Shown piece by piece: positions 39,116 to 52,583 of a DNA stretch of 64,000 nt (its first letter is position 1; each line of letters starts with the position of its first letter). The DNA is from Adineta vaga (taxonomy: Eukaryota; Animalia; Rotifera), in the NCBI GenBank assembly GCA_021613535.1, contig CP075495.1:5084001-5148000 (forward strand). Direction: 5' to 3'. The translations under genes and the position numbers were made by a program. The notes beneath the pieces were generated by a model. That model was not told the DNA's origin and did no database searches. It saw only the letters and a list, made by a program, of their open reading frames with translations.

Positions 39116-39563
39116 ATGCTTTTCGGACGTTCATCTGATAACAAACCAGCTGCACCGGTTGCACCAGCAGCTCCAAGTTTCGAAGATCAATTACCTACCG
39201 TAATATGAAACAAATAAATTCATCATCTCTCTGAAAACTTTCTTATTTTTTTGAAATTTAGTTACGAGAATTTCTTCGTGAATATAATCGTATAGCTGAA
39301 GTATGTTTCAATGATTGTATCAATGATTTTACAGGTCGAACAACAACCGCATCCGAAGTATGTTATCTCTAACAATGATTTCATATATATGTGTGTATTA
39401 ATTCTTATTTATTTTTATTTGGAAATAGAATTCATGTGTGAATATTTGCTTGGAGAAATTTCTCAAAGTAACACAACGTATTTCTCAACGTTTTCAAGAG
39501 CAACAAATGTTAATGAATGAAAATCAAGTTGTTGCCGGAAAGGCAAAAGGTCTTTTTCAATAA
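39116..39563 (+). CDS. TIMM9: Mitochondrial small Tim chaperone Tim9; 3 coding exons
   Basis: 'LREFLREYNRIAEVCFNDCINDFTGR....EN SCVNICLEKFLKVTQRISQRFQE': twin CX3C motif. Not in the ORF track because of introns. Confidence 0.93.
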
Positions 39564-41893
39564 ATATTTGTCTTTATTGAGTTACGTTTCATACGTGATG
39601 ATAATGATGATAAACTTGAATTAATTGATCGATCAATTGAACGTGTTTCTTTCAAAATTTCTAGAAAAAAATAGATACAATTAAATATTTAATAGTCGAA
39701 ATATTTACGAGAACTTTCGTCACCAACATTACGTAGAACAATAGGTGATGTCTGATGATCCTAGATAGTTGAATATAGTTCATTAGAGATTGCTTGAGAT
39801 ATTAAATAACTTACATCATCATCATCTGTCGTTTCTAGTGTCATGGTTTTGATAGTGTTCGATATAATATCAAATATGTATTGAAGACGTTCAATGAAAT
39901 CAATAGGTGGCTCTTTAACAGTCTATAAAAACACATTCTCAAACCAGTTCGATTATCCCTTAAAACAAATATTTACTTGAGTACCAACATGTTCACAAAG
40001 CCTTTCGATAAGACGATAATAAAATCATTAATATGACGTACAATACGATTTTGTTCTTCAATGGAATCATTTATATAGAATGATTCTAATGTTTGACATT
40101 GTTCACTCATTGTATTTAAGATTTGATGACGACTAATCAATACAAAATAAGAAGCATCCCCTATTGTCACTATTCGAAATAAACTTACGTATCATTTTTG
40201 CAATCAATAGACATTTCTATAAGTTTCAAAAGCTTATCCATTCGATTGATTTGTTGATTAATTTGTTCTTTTTCTTCTGTCATTCTATTTGTCATTGTTA
40301 ACACTAAATTTCAAATGATTAATCTTAATTTATTTATTTCTACTAAATTTCAGACTAGTAATCGTTTTTGATGTTATTTCATTGATCATTGCTTTCAAGT
40401 GTTCAGAATTCTACTCGAAGAAATGAAAATAGAATTTGATGAGTCTAAAAATCTTAGCTTACACTGATATCGATTGGTAATCCAGCCATAATGATATTAT
40501 AGAATTGATCGTACATACAACGAATTTGAACGATTTCATCACTCTTCATCAGAGTCGAATTTTGTTTTTCTATATTTGCTGATGGACCACCTGTACTAGT
40601 TAATCGTCGGGAGTCAAATACTGTTGCCATATCATTCATAACTACAAATAAGGATTGTTTTTAAGTTACGTCGAAAATCTTCCTAGTCATTTACCTGTCA
40701 TCTGAACCTGATATTGATTTTCTAATTGTTCAGCAATAGAAGCCATTGCTTGTTCATGTATAATACGTCGTTGACGACTCTACAGAAATAAACAATACTT
40801 ATAATATCTTATTATGATAGAATTTACTTGAACTTCCGTTTGAACTAATAATTGTTGATAGATTTTCTAGTAGAAATAGTATAGATAAAGATTTCCACGA
40901 ATGATGATTATCTAAATATATAAAATTAATCTTACCAGTCGACGTTTATTTTCTGCAACGATATCTGTAAATTCTTTCTTGAGAATTATTCTTTGATCAA
41001 ATTTTTGTCCGATATCTTTTTGCATATTTGGTAATTCTTTTCGTAATAAATCTAAATCCTACAATGCAAAATTACTGAAGAATGAAAATTATATCGTTGA
41101 ATCAAATTTTACACATTGTAAATGTTGTTTACAAGTATTCAATGTTTTATTGATTAGATTGACGCTAGTTAATCGATCTTGAATTTCACGAATACGACTT
41201 GTAAGCATTTCAGTATTCTAAATGTAATATTTCAAATCAATAGAAAAATCGTATGTTGCACTTACATGAAATAGTTTCGTGGGTAATGAAATAGATTGAT
41301 TAGTTCTTTGAGTACTACGAATTTCATCTTGTAGAAATTCAAGCCGATGAAGTAAACATTGTTGAAGAAATAATAGTTGATCATGTTGTTGCATAAGTCG
41401 ATCTTGTTTATTCTTTACATATTCAATACCTTCCTATTGGATTTTCTTTACATTCTATTATGTAAAATAATGCTGCAAACCTTACAACAATGCGAATATC
41501 TTTTCCAAATGCGTTAATCTGTATTTATTATTGAATGAGAATAATTAAATTTGTAATAAGAAAAAATGATAACCTTTTCTCCAGATTTTCTCAATGTTTT
41601 TCGCAGATCATTATTAAATGTTTCCATATCATGTCGTTCACTTTTTATCTTTGTTAATCGATCAGTTTGATCACCCAACAGACAAAATTCGACATTTTCT
41701 TTACAGTAAAATTATCATCAATCATCTCTAGGTCACAATCAAAAGATCTACTTAGCCATTGAACACGATTTTTTAAATCATATACTCGATCAACAATATT
41801 CGTTAATGGTTTTTCTATATGAGTATCACATCTATAAGTAAAATAGAGAATTAGATACAGAATAAACTTTATACATTACCCAAGACGAGGCAT
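39557..41893 (-). CDS. Intron-rich coiled-coil protein, possibly CCDC151/CCDC183-like (outer dynein arm docking type)
   Basis: Chain of more than 10 short exons with GT-AG introns: 'MPRLGCDTHIEKPLTNIVDRVYDLKNRVQWL', 'LEFLQDEIRSTQRTNQ', 'SRQRRIIHEQAMASIAEQLE', ending 'RNSIKTNIY*'. Family call is weak. Confidence 0.6.
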
Positions 41894-42254
41894 AGTCAAC
41901 AAAAAGTAAAAGAAAATTAAAATATTCTTTTTGATTTGTAACCGTTTCCATGACTTTTAGTTAATAATGACTATTGTATTTGCCTTCACTTTTATTTGAC
42001 GATGGATTTTTTCAGCGAATATTTTGGATAAAACAGAGGAGGAATCAATGAAAGTATAGTTCGCAATTAACATATTAAATCAAGGAGTCTATAGAAATAT
42101 GTAGACAATATCTCAATTAATTTTCATTCAAACTGTTACCTGTGATGATAGATACAAATTTGAGTAGAAACGATCAATCTCAATATACGATCTAGGATAT
42201 GATCAAACCTAGAAAACTCATGTACTACGTTTGAAAGAATATTGATTTAGTACA

Positions 42255-42256
<2 letters not shown>

Positions 42257-42285
<29 letters not shown>
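42257..42285. repeat. (TA)n microsatellite
   Basis: About 14 uninterrupted AT units between divergent genes. Confidence 0.9.
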
Positions 42286-42430
42286 CAATCCGAGACGTTT
42301 TCACGCGCTATTTTGTAACTTATTTTTATTTTCTACTTGACAACGTTTATTTTCATTTATTATTTGTGTATTTGTGTTCGTCTAAAACTTTTAACGATAA
42401 ACTAATTTAATATTTCTATTTTCTATTACA

Positions 42431-43460
42431 ATGCCTCCAAAACGATCCAAAGCGGTAATCAATACTACAAATTTTGTATGCTGTAAAACTTTGTTGTCAT
42501 AGATTGATATGAAGAATGAATTATCCAAAGAAGCAAGCAGAGCATATAAAAAAGGTATGTATAGAGAGAGTTCATCAAATAAAAATCATGTTGTAATATT
42601 ATATTATTTATTTAAAACAGCGGTCAATGAAGCTGAATATTCTAGAAAACGCATAACCAAAGAAACAAAAAATGCACTTGATAAAAGTTCGTATACTAAT
42701 ATATCGCAGAATCGTTTAAGTTTGTGATTAATGAGATAAACTTAAATGAAACGTCTTCGTTTCTATGTATCTATGATTTGTTTAGCTGGTAATAAAATCA
42801 AGTATACAGCAGCTCAAGCAAAAGATGCTGTTGCTGATGCAGCTAGTACAACCAAATCAAAAGTTAACAAAGGTGCTAAGGATATCAAAGATAGTTTTGA
42901 AAAAGGTAAAACATTTCATCTCTGATTAATTTATCAATAGTTGCCATTTATCTATTTTCTTAGGAACAAAAAGTACCAAAGCAGCAACAAAAGATGCGAC
43001 TAAGAAAGCGAAAGATATGGCTGAAAGTACAGGAAAAGCTATAACAAATAGTAAATATCAATTTTTTTACAAGGAATTACATAACAATACGACTTGAATT
43101 GATCGTTGTTTAGGAGCGAAAAGTGCGGCAAGATCAACACGGAAAGCTACAGATGATGTCTATAAAGGAACGAAGAGAGCTGCTCGAAAAGGTGAGTGAT
43201 AAATTAGAAAAAATTACATATACTCCGTGTATATTTACCAGAAGAAGAATTGTATATATACAATTTTGTTATTCTTCAATATTAAAATATTTGACATTCT
43301 TATTATAGCTGCAGATGGTATGCAAAATGCGGCCAACACATTAACATCGAAAACTAACGAATTTGCTCAGAAAGCTGCAAATCCAGCTTCTCAAGCGGCA
43401 AACAGCGTATCTCATGGATTATCAAACATTAAAAAATCAATTGAAGGATTTTTTAAATAG
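42431..43460 (+). CDS. Basic, hydrophilic LEA(group 3)-like amphipathic-helix protein; 7 exons
   Basis: Assembled 'MPPKRSKA|IDMKNELSKEASRAYKK|AVNEAEYSRKRITKETKNALDK|TGNKIKYTAAQAKDAVADAASTTKSKVNKGAKDIKDSFEK|GTKSTKAATKDATKKAKDMAESTGKAITN|RAKSAARSTRKATDDVYKGTKRAARK|AADGMQNAANTL...KKSIEGFFK*'. A/K/T/D-rich, no Cys or Trp, AKD motifs. Confidence 0.72.
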
Positions 43461-46400
43461 AATCAATTGTAATCATTGATTGATACAAGTTCAATCGATC
43501 ACGATCATTAAAGAAAAGAGTACATTTAAATAGTCCTTGAATTTTAGAGTCTATTTGATAATCATTTTGTTTTTTATGATCAATCGATAGAAGTAGACAT
43601 AATCTTGACACAATTCTTCTGCACATTACTAGAATAAACATGATTTAAGTTGACGAATTCTTGTAAATTTTACAATCTAGAGACACTCCACTTTCAAGTT
43701 AAATTATCCGTGAAGAGAACATTTATTATGCTAACCTTCCTGATAATCATTTACATAAATCCTTGTAAGTGTATAATAGAAAAAAATTATTTCTTACAAT
43801 TACTGTATCATTAGATAGTTACTATGTTTACATTATGATATCCAGCTTATTGAGGTAGTTTTCATCAATGTAATGTAAAATAATTAGTAAAAAAAACATT
43901 TTTTAAATTCAATGATTCATTTATGTTATTAATAAAATAATATTAGTCATAAATCAAGATAGCAATTCTTTTTATTGATCTCGAAGAGAATAAATTAACA
44001 TAGAAAAATGTCATATGGAACGAATCTCATGTGTACATTGACATTTGACGAGTAAATCGCACTGTTCTATATTAGTAATGAGATCTTATGACGACATTGA
44101 AAAACGACAATCTAATCTCGTACGTTTACTTGCCAGAGGAAGATTAGACATTTCTGATAATAAACAAGAAAATTTTCTTCGTCTTACTACGGAATTATTT
44201 TTCTTGTTAGCTGTCAAAGACATCGATTCAAAGCTATTGACATGGACACATGTGCTATGTTTACCAAGCACTTTGAAGCATGTACTTCATCCAATTAAAA
44301 CATTTGTTACTGATTTTTATTACGAATAAATCAATAGATAAGAGAACATCTCGTTACATTTCAATGATAAACTTTTAATAAAATTTCTCATATCAGTTCA
44401 ATTGATTTTGTCTATTATTATGCTTTGTTAAATACAATTTATTTTCAATTGATATAATTTACAATTAAGAAATTGACGACTTTTGGTTATTTCGATAATG
44501 CGTATGTAATATTTATAATGTCAACGTACGGGTTTTTTTTTACCAATAGAATTCTTAACATAAAGAACAGACTGGCAATAGTTATCTCGCTACTATCAAC
44601 AACTGTCTTTTGTTCTATGCATGAGTACAATTCTTCTTTCGTCAATAAATTACCAAAATAAGCATTAACATACAGATAATTCTCATGAAATAAAAGATCC
44701 TTTCCATACATCACGAACATATCAAAAAGCAATTGTTCTTCTACTAATAATGTTAAAGCTTGTATTAACGCATAGCAATGGATGCATGATTAGTTCAACG
44801 ACTTTTTGTCTATGATCAACCCCACCCAGTGTTCGACACCTGATTAGCTCAACTAATCTTTTTCTCCTTTCAATCATCTTTTCTTCTCTAGTCTATTCGT
44901 ACAATTGTTGAACATATATCCATATATATATATATAATTGACCTTTATTCGTCCTTCGCCTACATGCATACTCTTTCACTTTTCATTGTTCACTATCGAT
45001 CTATTGACACACTGTCATTGTCAAAGATCCGACTAACACAACGGGCGGTGTGTATACTTTCTTTTTTTTTGAAAATTTTTATTGCTAGATTTGATCCTAC
45101 ATTAATAGAGTACTACTCATTATCAAGGTGAATAGTTCTTGTACAAATGAATCGATAGGTGACTAAGATTCTATTATATTCATGATCGAATAGATATAAT
45201 GTTTTTCTTGTTATTGAATAAACACCTTGTCGATTTTCTTATTTTCAAAAGCAAGATATTCTCGAAGATAGTGTTATCGAGACATATTTATCTCATCAAA
45301 AATAATACAACATGAATCCCCTAACTTCTCAATCTAATCTGTCCATCGATATAAGTGTCAATTTCTTTTTTTTTCTTCTTCTTTCCTCTACCCATCAATT
45401 CTCATCTTTTCTTTGTCAGTATGAAGTGCGATTCTGCATGTCCACTATATATACATATATATTTCTCTTTTTTCATTCTTTTCCATGCCGCTTCATCCGA
45501 CAGAATGATTAGTAAAATGTACAGTTGGCTGATAGTTATGTTCTGTCGAGTTAGCTTGACATATGTCCATGGGACGACGGATAGTATGAGTGAAATGACC
45601 TTGCCTCTATATTTCTACTATGGCGAGGTCAAGTTATGAGCATTCGTGCAAAGGAACTATCCTAGATAAAGATAAATGAGTTGATGGATGGTTAAGGCTA
45701 AATTTCTTCTTTTTCCCCATTATCGTTGTCGATGAATAACCTTGAACCAATTAGCAACTGAGTAACTTTCTTCTTTCTCTTCGAAGACGAAAAGAATCTT
45801 GTATCGTTCTCTTTAACAGTAGGAACATAACATAAAACGCTCTTTCTTCCTACTTTCCGATGACTTTCATATTACACAACGAAGAGAAAAAAACTTTACA
45901 CAATAGTAATTGATACCCATTTTGACAAGAAAGAAATTGAACGAGAGCATTAAGCTATATATACATATATAAGTGCGCGTCTTAGCGACAAAAAGGTAAG
46001 TTTTATTCATACTCAACAACACACCTCGTCAACTGGTGCGAGTTAATCATTTTCATTGTCGGCAAGAACGAATAATAAGTCGACACTCTCTTGATGATCT
46101 ACACAATCATATAAAAAAAAGGAGAAGACAAGATGTGAGACAAAATGCACTAATTACAGACAATGTTTTTGGCTAAAGAAACATGCACTACTGGTTAGTA
46201 TAGCGTCGTACACACACATATATTTCATTTTGCAGTCCTTGTTCTATCGGAAGAATAGCAAATGATAGGGAAAAGGAGAGAAAAAAAGTAGGAATAGTAA
46301 TGTTTGTCAGCCAAACGACGCACAGACATTTGTCTCTTTCCTACGAACGGTATACAAAAGAAAGATAGAGCGATAGATAGAACGCGATCGGGAGCTACAT

Positions 46401-47695
46401 TCTTTACTGTTGGAACATATAGATAAACACGCACAGAGTATTGTCCTCAGCATTGTCTATATAGAAAGAGCAATAACAAAAGTACTGGTAGAATAACAAT
46501 TGTGCATATGAAAGAGTAGGTAAGTGATAGTAGTTTATAAATCGCGAGATAGACGACTATTATATTTTATTATATTATATTATATAGTAGCTGAATCCTT
46601 TCTCCTTCGTATATAAAATGAGCTCTTCTTTTGCTCGTTGTTATGATGAATAGATAGATAAACGAAGGGTAGGGTGTATATGGTAAACATCAATTACATA
46701 ATGGAAGAAATGTATAAAGCCGGACTACTTTCTTCATCATCATCATCATCATCATCATCTTCTTCTTCTTTTGTCGTTATATGTTATTCGTCTATCGATG
46801 ATATGTCAACAATGTGGACACGAAAAAAAGAAGAGGATTAGAACAAAGAAAGTGCCTATTTTATTGAGAGTATATGTTTGCGGTCAGTTGGTAGGATGCT
46901 TCCATTGTTATCTCGTGACATGCAACGTTTTCTTTCTTTTTCTTTCAACTGTCCCTGACAGATCGCCTCAAGTCTTTATATTTAATATAATCGCCACTAC
47001 TTTGCTTTTGGTTGACATTCTACTCTTACTTTTTTCTCTCTCTCTCTTCATCTCGTTTTTTTAACTTTATTGCGCAAGTCCAATTACAAGATGACGAGGT
47101 AGACGATCACAATGACAGGAAAAAAGAGTAAAGAAAGAATGAAGTGGTTGCAGTAGTAGTAGTTACGAATAAAAATACAATAGCATTAATGGCGCGGAAG
47201 AGCAAGCTATCGTCATTGTCGTACGTCTTGATAGCTTTCAAGAGAAAGTGATTAGAGCTAGGCAGTCTCAAAAGGTTTCAAATATTCTTATTCTTGACTT
47301 TACTGTTGTTTCGCTTTGTACACCAACGATAAATGTATATGGTTGTAGTCTAGACTATACATTGTACACTAAACCTTCAACGTGCGTATTCAATCATATG
47401 GAGTCCTATAGTCCAATCTGCATATCTAATACTTGCTGCAAACGAACATTTTCGTTCTTTCCTTTTCTTTTCTCTCCTCATTTGTTCATTGAACTATATG
47501 CACTTGTATGTACATAGTCGAGCCGATTGACATTCAAGTGTGCGAGAGAGAGAGAATTTCGCTTATACTTGTCCGCTCATTTTTCTCTCTCTCTCTCTCT
47601 TTCTGTTTCCTGTATATACATCTGTGCCAGTATATACACGTCCTAGAATAGAACATTTTCTCTTTTTTTTAGTCATGGTCAATGTCTAGTAATCG

Positions 47696-50600
47696 ATGAA
47701 TATGAGTATATTACTTAAATGGAAGAATAAACTTCAGGATCCAGCGGTATACGAAGTAAATTCAAATTTCATACGATTCTTTTTTATATTAAGACTACGT
47801 ATATTTACTAGACAAAGATCCGTGAGTTTGATGAACGTGTGTCACTTCTCAAAAATGAGAATGTCGAATTGCACAAACGTATTGATCAGCTCGAGGCTTT
47901 GGTAAATAATATATATTATAAAAATATATCACATCTGTGTCTCATATAACTTCGTTTCCTTTTATCTATCAATTGCTAATAGTGCACAACAAGTGTCGAC
48001 ACTCAACAAACACGTTCTCTCCAAGAACATATCCGTCAGCTTGAACAAGAAAACGGACGATTATTTGTGGAAAATCAATGTCAACGGCAAGAATATGAAA
48101 GTTTTCTAGATCAATTAACGACAATGGTTTTAAGAACAGCATTTATGCATGAGGTAAGATAAAGACATAAAGAATGATAATGGTCAAGCTTTGCGTAATT
48201 CTGTCTCTCTCGCTCTCTCTCGTTCTCTTTCTTCATTTATCCTTAGAAAAGGTCAGTATCAATCCCATCAAAGCATTCATTGTTGGCTAAAAACAAAAGA
48301 GAAAATCTGCGGCTAATTATTGCAAAAAAACTTTGATTTCATAATCCGCCTTTTGGTTATTTCTCATCTTTACAGTAGCTGCAAAAGCAGACTGAAGCAG
48401 CATATGTCCTATAACAATTATTCCCTTCTCTCTCTCTCTCTTCTTTTCTTTTCTTCTTCTTTCTCGTTGTTGATGGTTAATGGTGTGCGGTCAGCAATCA
48501 TGGATAGTAGTTACTCTTTCTATTGAAGAGAGAAACGAATGAACAGCGAAAGCAGATGTGACAGAATAAAGGAAGACATCACCGGACATTGCTCCTTCTT
48601 CTTTTGAACATTTTCATTTGTCTTATGAAAATGGTCAGTCGACCGACAACAACATCACCCTCAGAAACTTTTATTGTAAGTAAAACTATCTTTATGCTTC
48701 CTTGAGTTTTGCTAATCGATAGAAGATGATTCAATATTGACAGTTGAAAAGAAAGGAAAGAATGAAGGTGATGCCAAATTCTATTAACACAAATTGAAAG
48801 ACACATTTCCAAATGGTATCCTTCGCAATGGTTCAATAATTATTCCACTTGAAAAAATTTCCTTGTCTGCCTATCTGTCTATCTTTTCTTGTCAGTTGAT
48901 TTCCGTCCACAAACTACACTATGTCAATGGGTCAACATACGACTCAGATTACCGTCTGCATCTCGACAGGTCACAGCATCTTTCTTTGAATAAATAATCA
49001 GGCATAGCACATCACAACTGATGGTCAAAATTCAATGTTGAATTTCCTTCCGGGGATTTCATTCATTTTCTTCTCCTATCATCAATTTACCTTCTTTAAT
49101 AACCTTCGTTCTTGATGATGATGGACTGCATATAGAAGGTACAGCTCAAAGCATACATACGAAAGTGACACACGCATCTAATATTGTATTTAAGTGAGGA
49201 AAGACGAATGAATATATACATTTATGATGTAACTCTTTCATTCATTTTACACACATCTACAAAGTGATGCATCTATACCAAAAGTAGAAAAATGAATACA
49301 AAAGAGCAACTATTATTTGATGATCTTATCTATTGATTACAAGGAAATATTTATTTATTTAGAATATTCGTAAAGAATGTGCATCAATATATCATGTTAT
49401 CGAACGACTATCAACATTAACTACAAATGCAATTCAAGACGACCAACCAAATCAAGTAATATTTAACGAAAAGAAAGAAAAAGAAAAGACCTCGAATTAT
49501 TTTGTTTCATTTGTTACTTATTAGATTGAACATCAAGTAAAACATTTAAGAAGTTTATCATGGGAAAATTTAAATTCCAATTGTGAACTAATTTCGAATT
49601 ATCAATATTTATCTCCATCTCCAAAAACGACTGCTGAATTTATTCGACATCTCTATCAAAACCGATCATCATTATCACCTTCATCATCTTCATCATCATC
49701 GTGTTCATCAGCAACAACTCATTGTTCATTTTCTACATCGGGTAGCTGGACATTAGATCTCGTAAGTTAATCTACAAACTATTTTGATATAAAGATTCGA
49801 GCAAAAAAAAATGTTTTATTAACATAAATGACATCCGTCCGTTTTTTTTCTTCTTTTCTGACATTATTCATGATGTAACTTCATCATTTCGAACAAACAT
49901 TATTTTAATAGATACTTTCTATTGCTTCGGGTCAAATTCATCTTCAACGGAAATAAGAATAATTGTTTGCTTTCTTTCGAAAGAATCGATGTGTATATCG
50001 AATGATAAAATTGTTTCTTCTCCATTTTTTTTTCACTAGCCACTGTACAATAAAAATACAAATATTCAATTGCCATTACTACCAATTACGAACGAATCCA
50101 TAGGTGAAATTTTTACAAACAATAGATAATCCTAACGTGATAAAAATTTCATTTTTTCTCTCTTCAGAATTCCCAGTGGAACAAAAAAACGAAGAAGAAC
50201 AACGAGAACAGCAAGTTCTTCAACGTTCAGAAACATTTATTATCACAAAAATACCACAAAAAGAAGACAAGGAAGAGGAGAAAGAAGTACCCTCTTCTGT
50301 TTTGCTTTCCGATGTCAAAACGATGACAGCAAATGAACGTCCTACTAATTCCAATATTCAACGTTGTTCATTAACACGAGCAATGCCTGCGACAACGACA
50401 ACTGTCGTGCGTCCTTCACGATTACCATCGCGTTGTTCAAATAATCGTCCACTACCAAATGTAACTAATACTTCAAATGTAAAAGCTCAACCATCGAATA
50501 ACAATAATACTAATCGTTCTCTTTCGGTTAAAAAAGCTTCAAAATTACCCATTCGAACAACGACATCATTAACAAAACAAGTAGCACCCGTGAAAAAAAC

Positions 50601-52445
50601 CGTCAATGTTCCAACATCTGTTGCAACAAAGACGAAAAAAGATTCAACTGTTATATCTACTCGAGCTGTTGCATCAGTTAGTGCGGCAACGACAAAAAAA
50701 CCTATTCGACCACCAACGACAGCAAAATCATCTATTGTACAAACGTCTACATCTAAATCTCGATCACGTTCGATAACGGCAGTTCATATGAATACGTCGA
50801 TTCCATCAGTTGTCAATAAACGTACGAGAACAACACCTCCAGTAGTTAAAAAAAGCTTTGTAGAAACAGCTGTACCCTCAAAAAAACTAGTTAAATCCAT
50901 GGAAGAAAAACCATCTTGTCCAATCGAACAGATGAATTCAACTTCGAGTGAATCCAGTATTGAAGAAAATCAACGACGAAATAAATTATTAACAATTGTT
51001 CAAGATGAAGGCTATTCGACTTGGTCCTCATCGGATGTAAAGGATGAAATAATATCAACTAATATAGTGAAAAATGACAGAGATGAACGACGACGAAGTA
51101 CAGGACTTGTTAAAAGTTGGCTTGATACAACAAACAAACGATGTTCAAGAAAACCGGTGAAAGAAGGTATAATTTAATATTTAATTTAACAAATGATTAT
51201 AGTTATCGAAATTTTGTTCTTTAAATTTTAGTGGAAATTGATAAATTAGAAGAATTCACTCGCGAATTATCTGATGGTTCATCCATACTTTGTCCATTTG
51301 TACGAAATCGTTGTTCGAATGGTATTATCATTCCTCTTGCTTCAACAACATTATCATCAACATTATCTCCACCATTACCACTTCAATCAAATCCTTTAGA
51401 TAAAGATATTTCAATTGATAGTCTTGAAGCTGCTACTGCTGATAATCCTCAACAGAAAACACCAACGTTAAGACCATCACTATCATTAGTATCATCGTCT
51501 TCTTCATCATCAACATTTTCTCGTTCTGAAACATTCGAAAAAATTTTAACTAATCATTCATTACCTATCATTATGGATGATCTTGCTGATTCAACTGATT
51601 CCACCTGTTCAGATGTGAATCCATTATTTAATATGTCAGAATATATTGAAGATAATTTTCTCGACCAAGATCATCAGTCTTCGTCATCACAACCACAAAT
51701 ACCAAATCCAAATGAATCGATAAAACCACAAAAACGTTTGATGTTTCCTGGTTTATTTAATCGTTTAATTTTTCTTCGTCGTGTTTTATCAGATTCAGAT
51801 TTACAACAAAAACTATGTTGTCTAACAGATAATGAAATACAATATCATGTCTATCATTCAAATACAATCCATGAACATTCGATTGAATTAAATTTAACAA
51901 ATACATATGGTTCAGAATCTGAATTGCATGTTTGGTCACATGATTGTGCTGAACAACGAAGATTTGTTAATGAACGACAACAACAATTGTTAATTCAATC
52001 GAAAGAATCGAAAGCTAAATTATCTCATATTGAACGAATGGTAAATGACGAAAATTTTAGTTTCAATTCAAAATACATTTGTATTTCTTTTCTTTCATAT
52101 TAGATTCGAATGACTTTGGATGATAATGGCGAAGATGAAACAAATTCTTATGAATTAGATAGTGAAGAATATGATCAACAACTAGCACTTGAACGTCAAA
52201 CATTACTTCAACAGATTTATGAATATCCTTGGTTGTTACAAGATGATGATATTGATCAACCGACTATTTTTTCATCACCAAATACTGAACAACCATTATT
52301 ATCACCTTCACCAGATTTAGTTGTTCCATCACATAATCCAGATTTCTATCAACTATGTGCATTAACAAATAGTAGTTCATTTGCAACATCTTTTGGTACA
52401 AATTCTAGACATACAACACCACCCATAGCTTCATCTGTTTTATAA
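47696..52445 (+). CDS. NCKAP5/NCKAP5L (Cep169)-like coiled-coil protein with SxIP-type motifs; multi-exon, true start uncertain
   Basis: 'HIRQLEQENGRLFVENQCQRQEYESFLDQLTTMVLRTAFMHE|NIRKEC' parallels the NCKAP5L N-terminal 'RLRELEAENSALAQANENQRETYERCLDEVANHVVQALLNQKDLREEC'. Basic S/T/P-rich region contains SRLP and SKLP. Confidence 0.7.
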
Positions 52446-52583
52446 CATTTTTCTCTTCTTTTTTTTTGCTCCTCGTTTTTTTCTTCTTCTCTTCTTATTG
52501 AGTGTGTATACAATGCTTTCTTTTTCTTTTAATACAAAAAATGAACAGAAGAATATATTCGCAAAAACCTTGTTTTTTATTAT

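Noticed and set aside
43500-47650. Short 60-97 aa ORFs in the long intergenic region
   Set aside because: No motifs, no consistent exon chain, composition typical of non-coding microsatellite-rich regulatory DNA.
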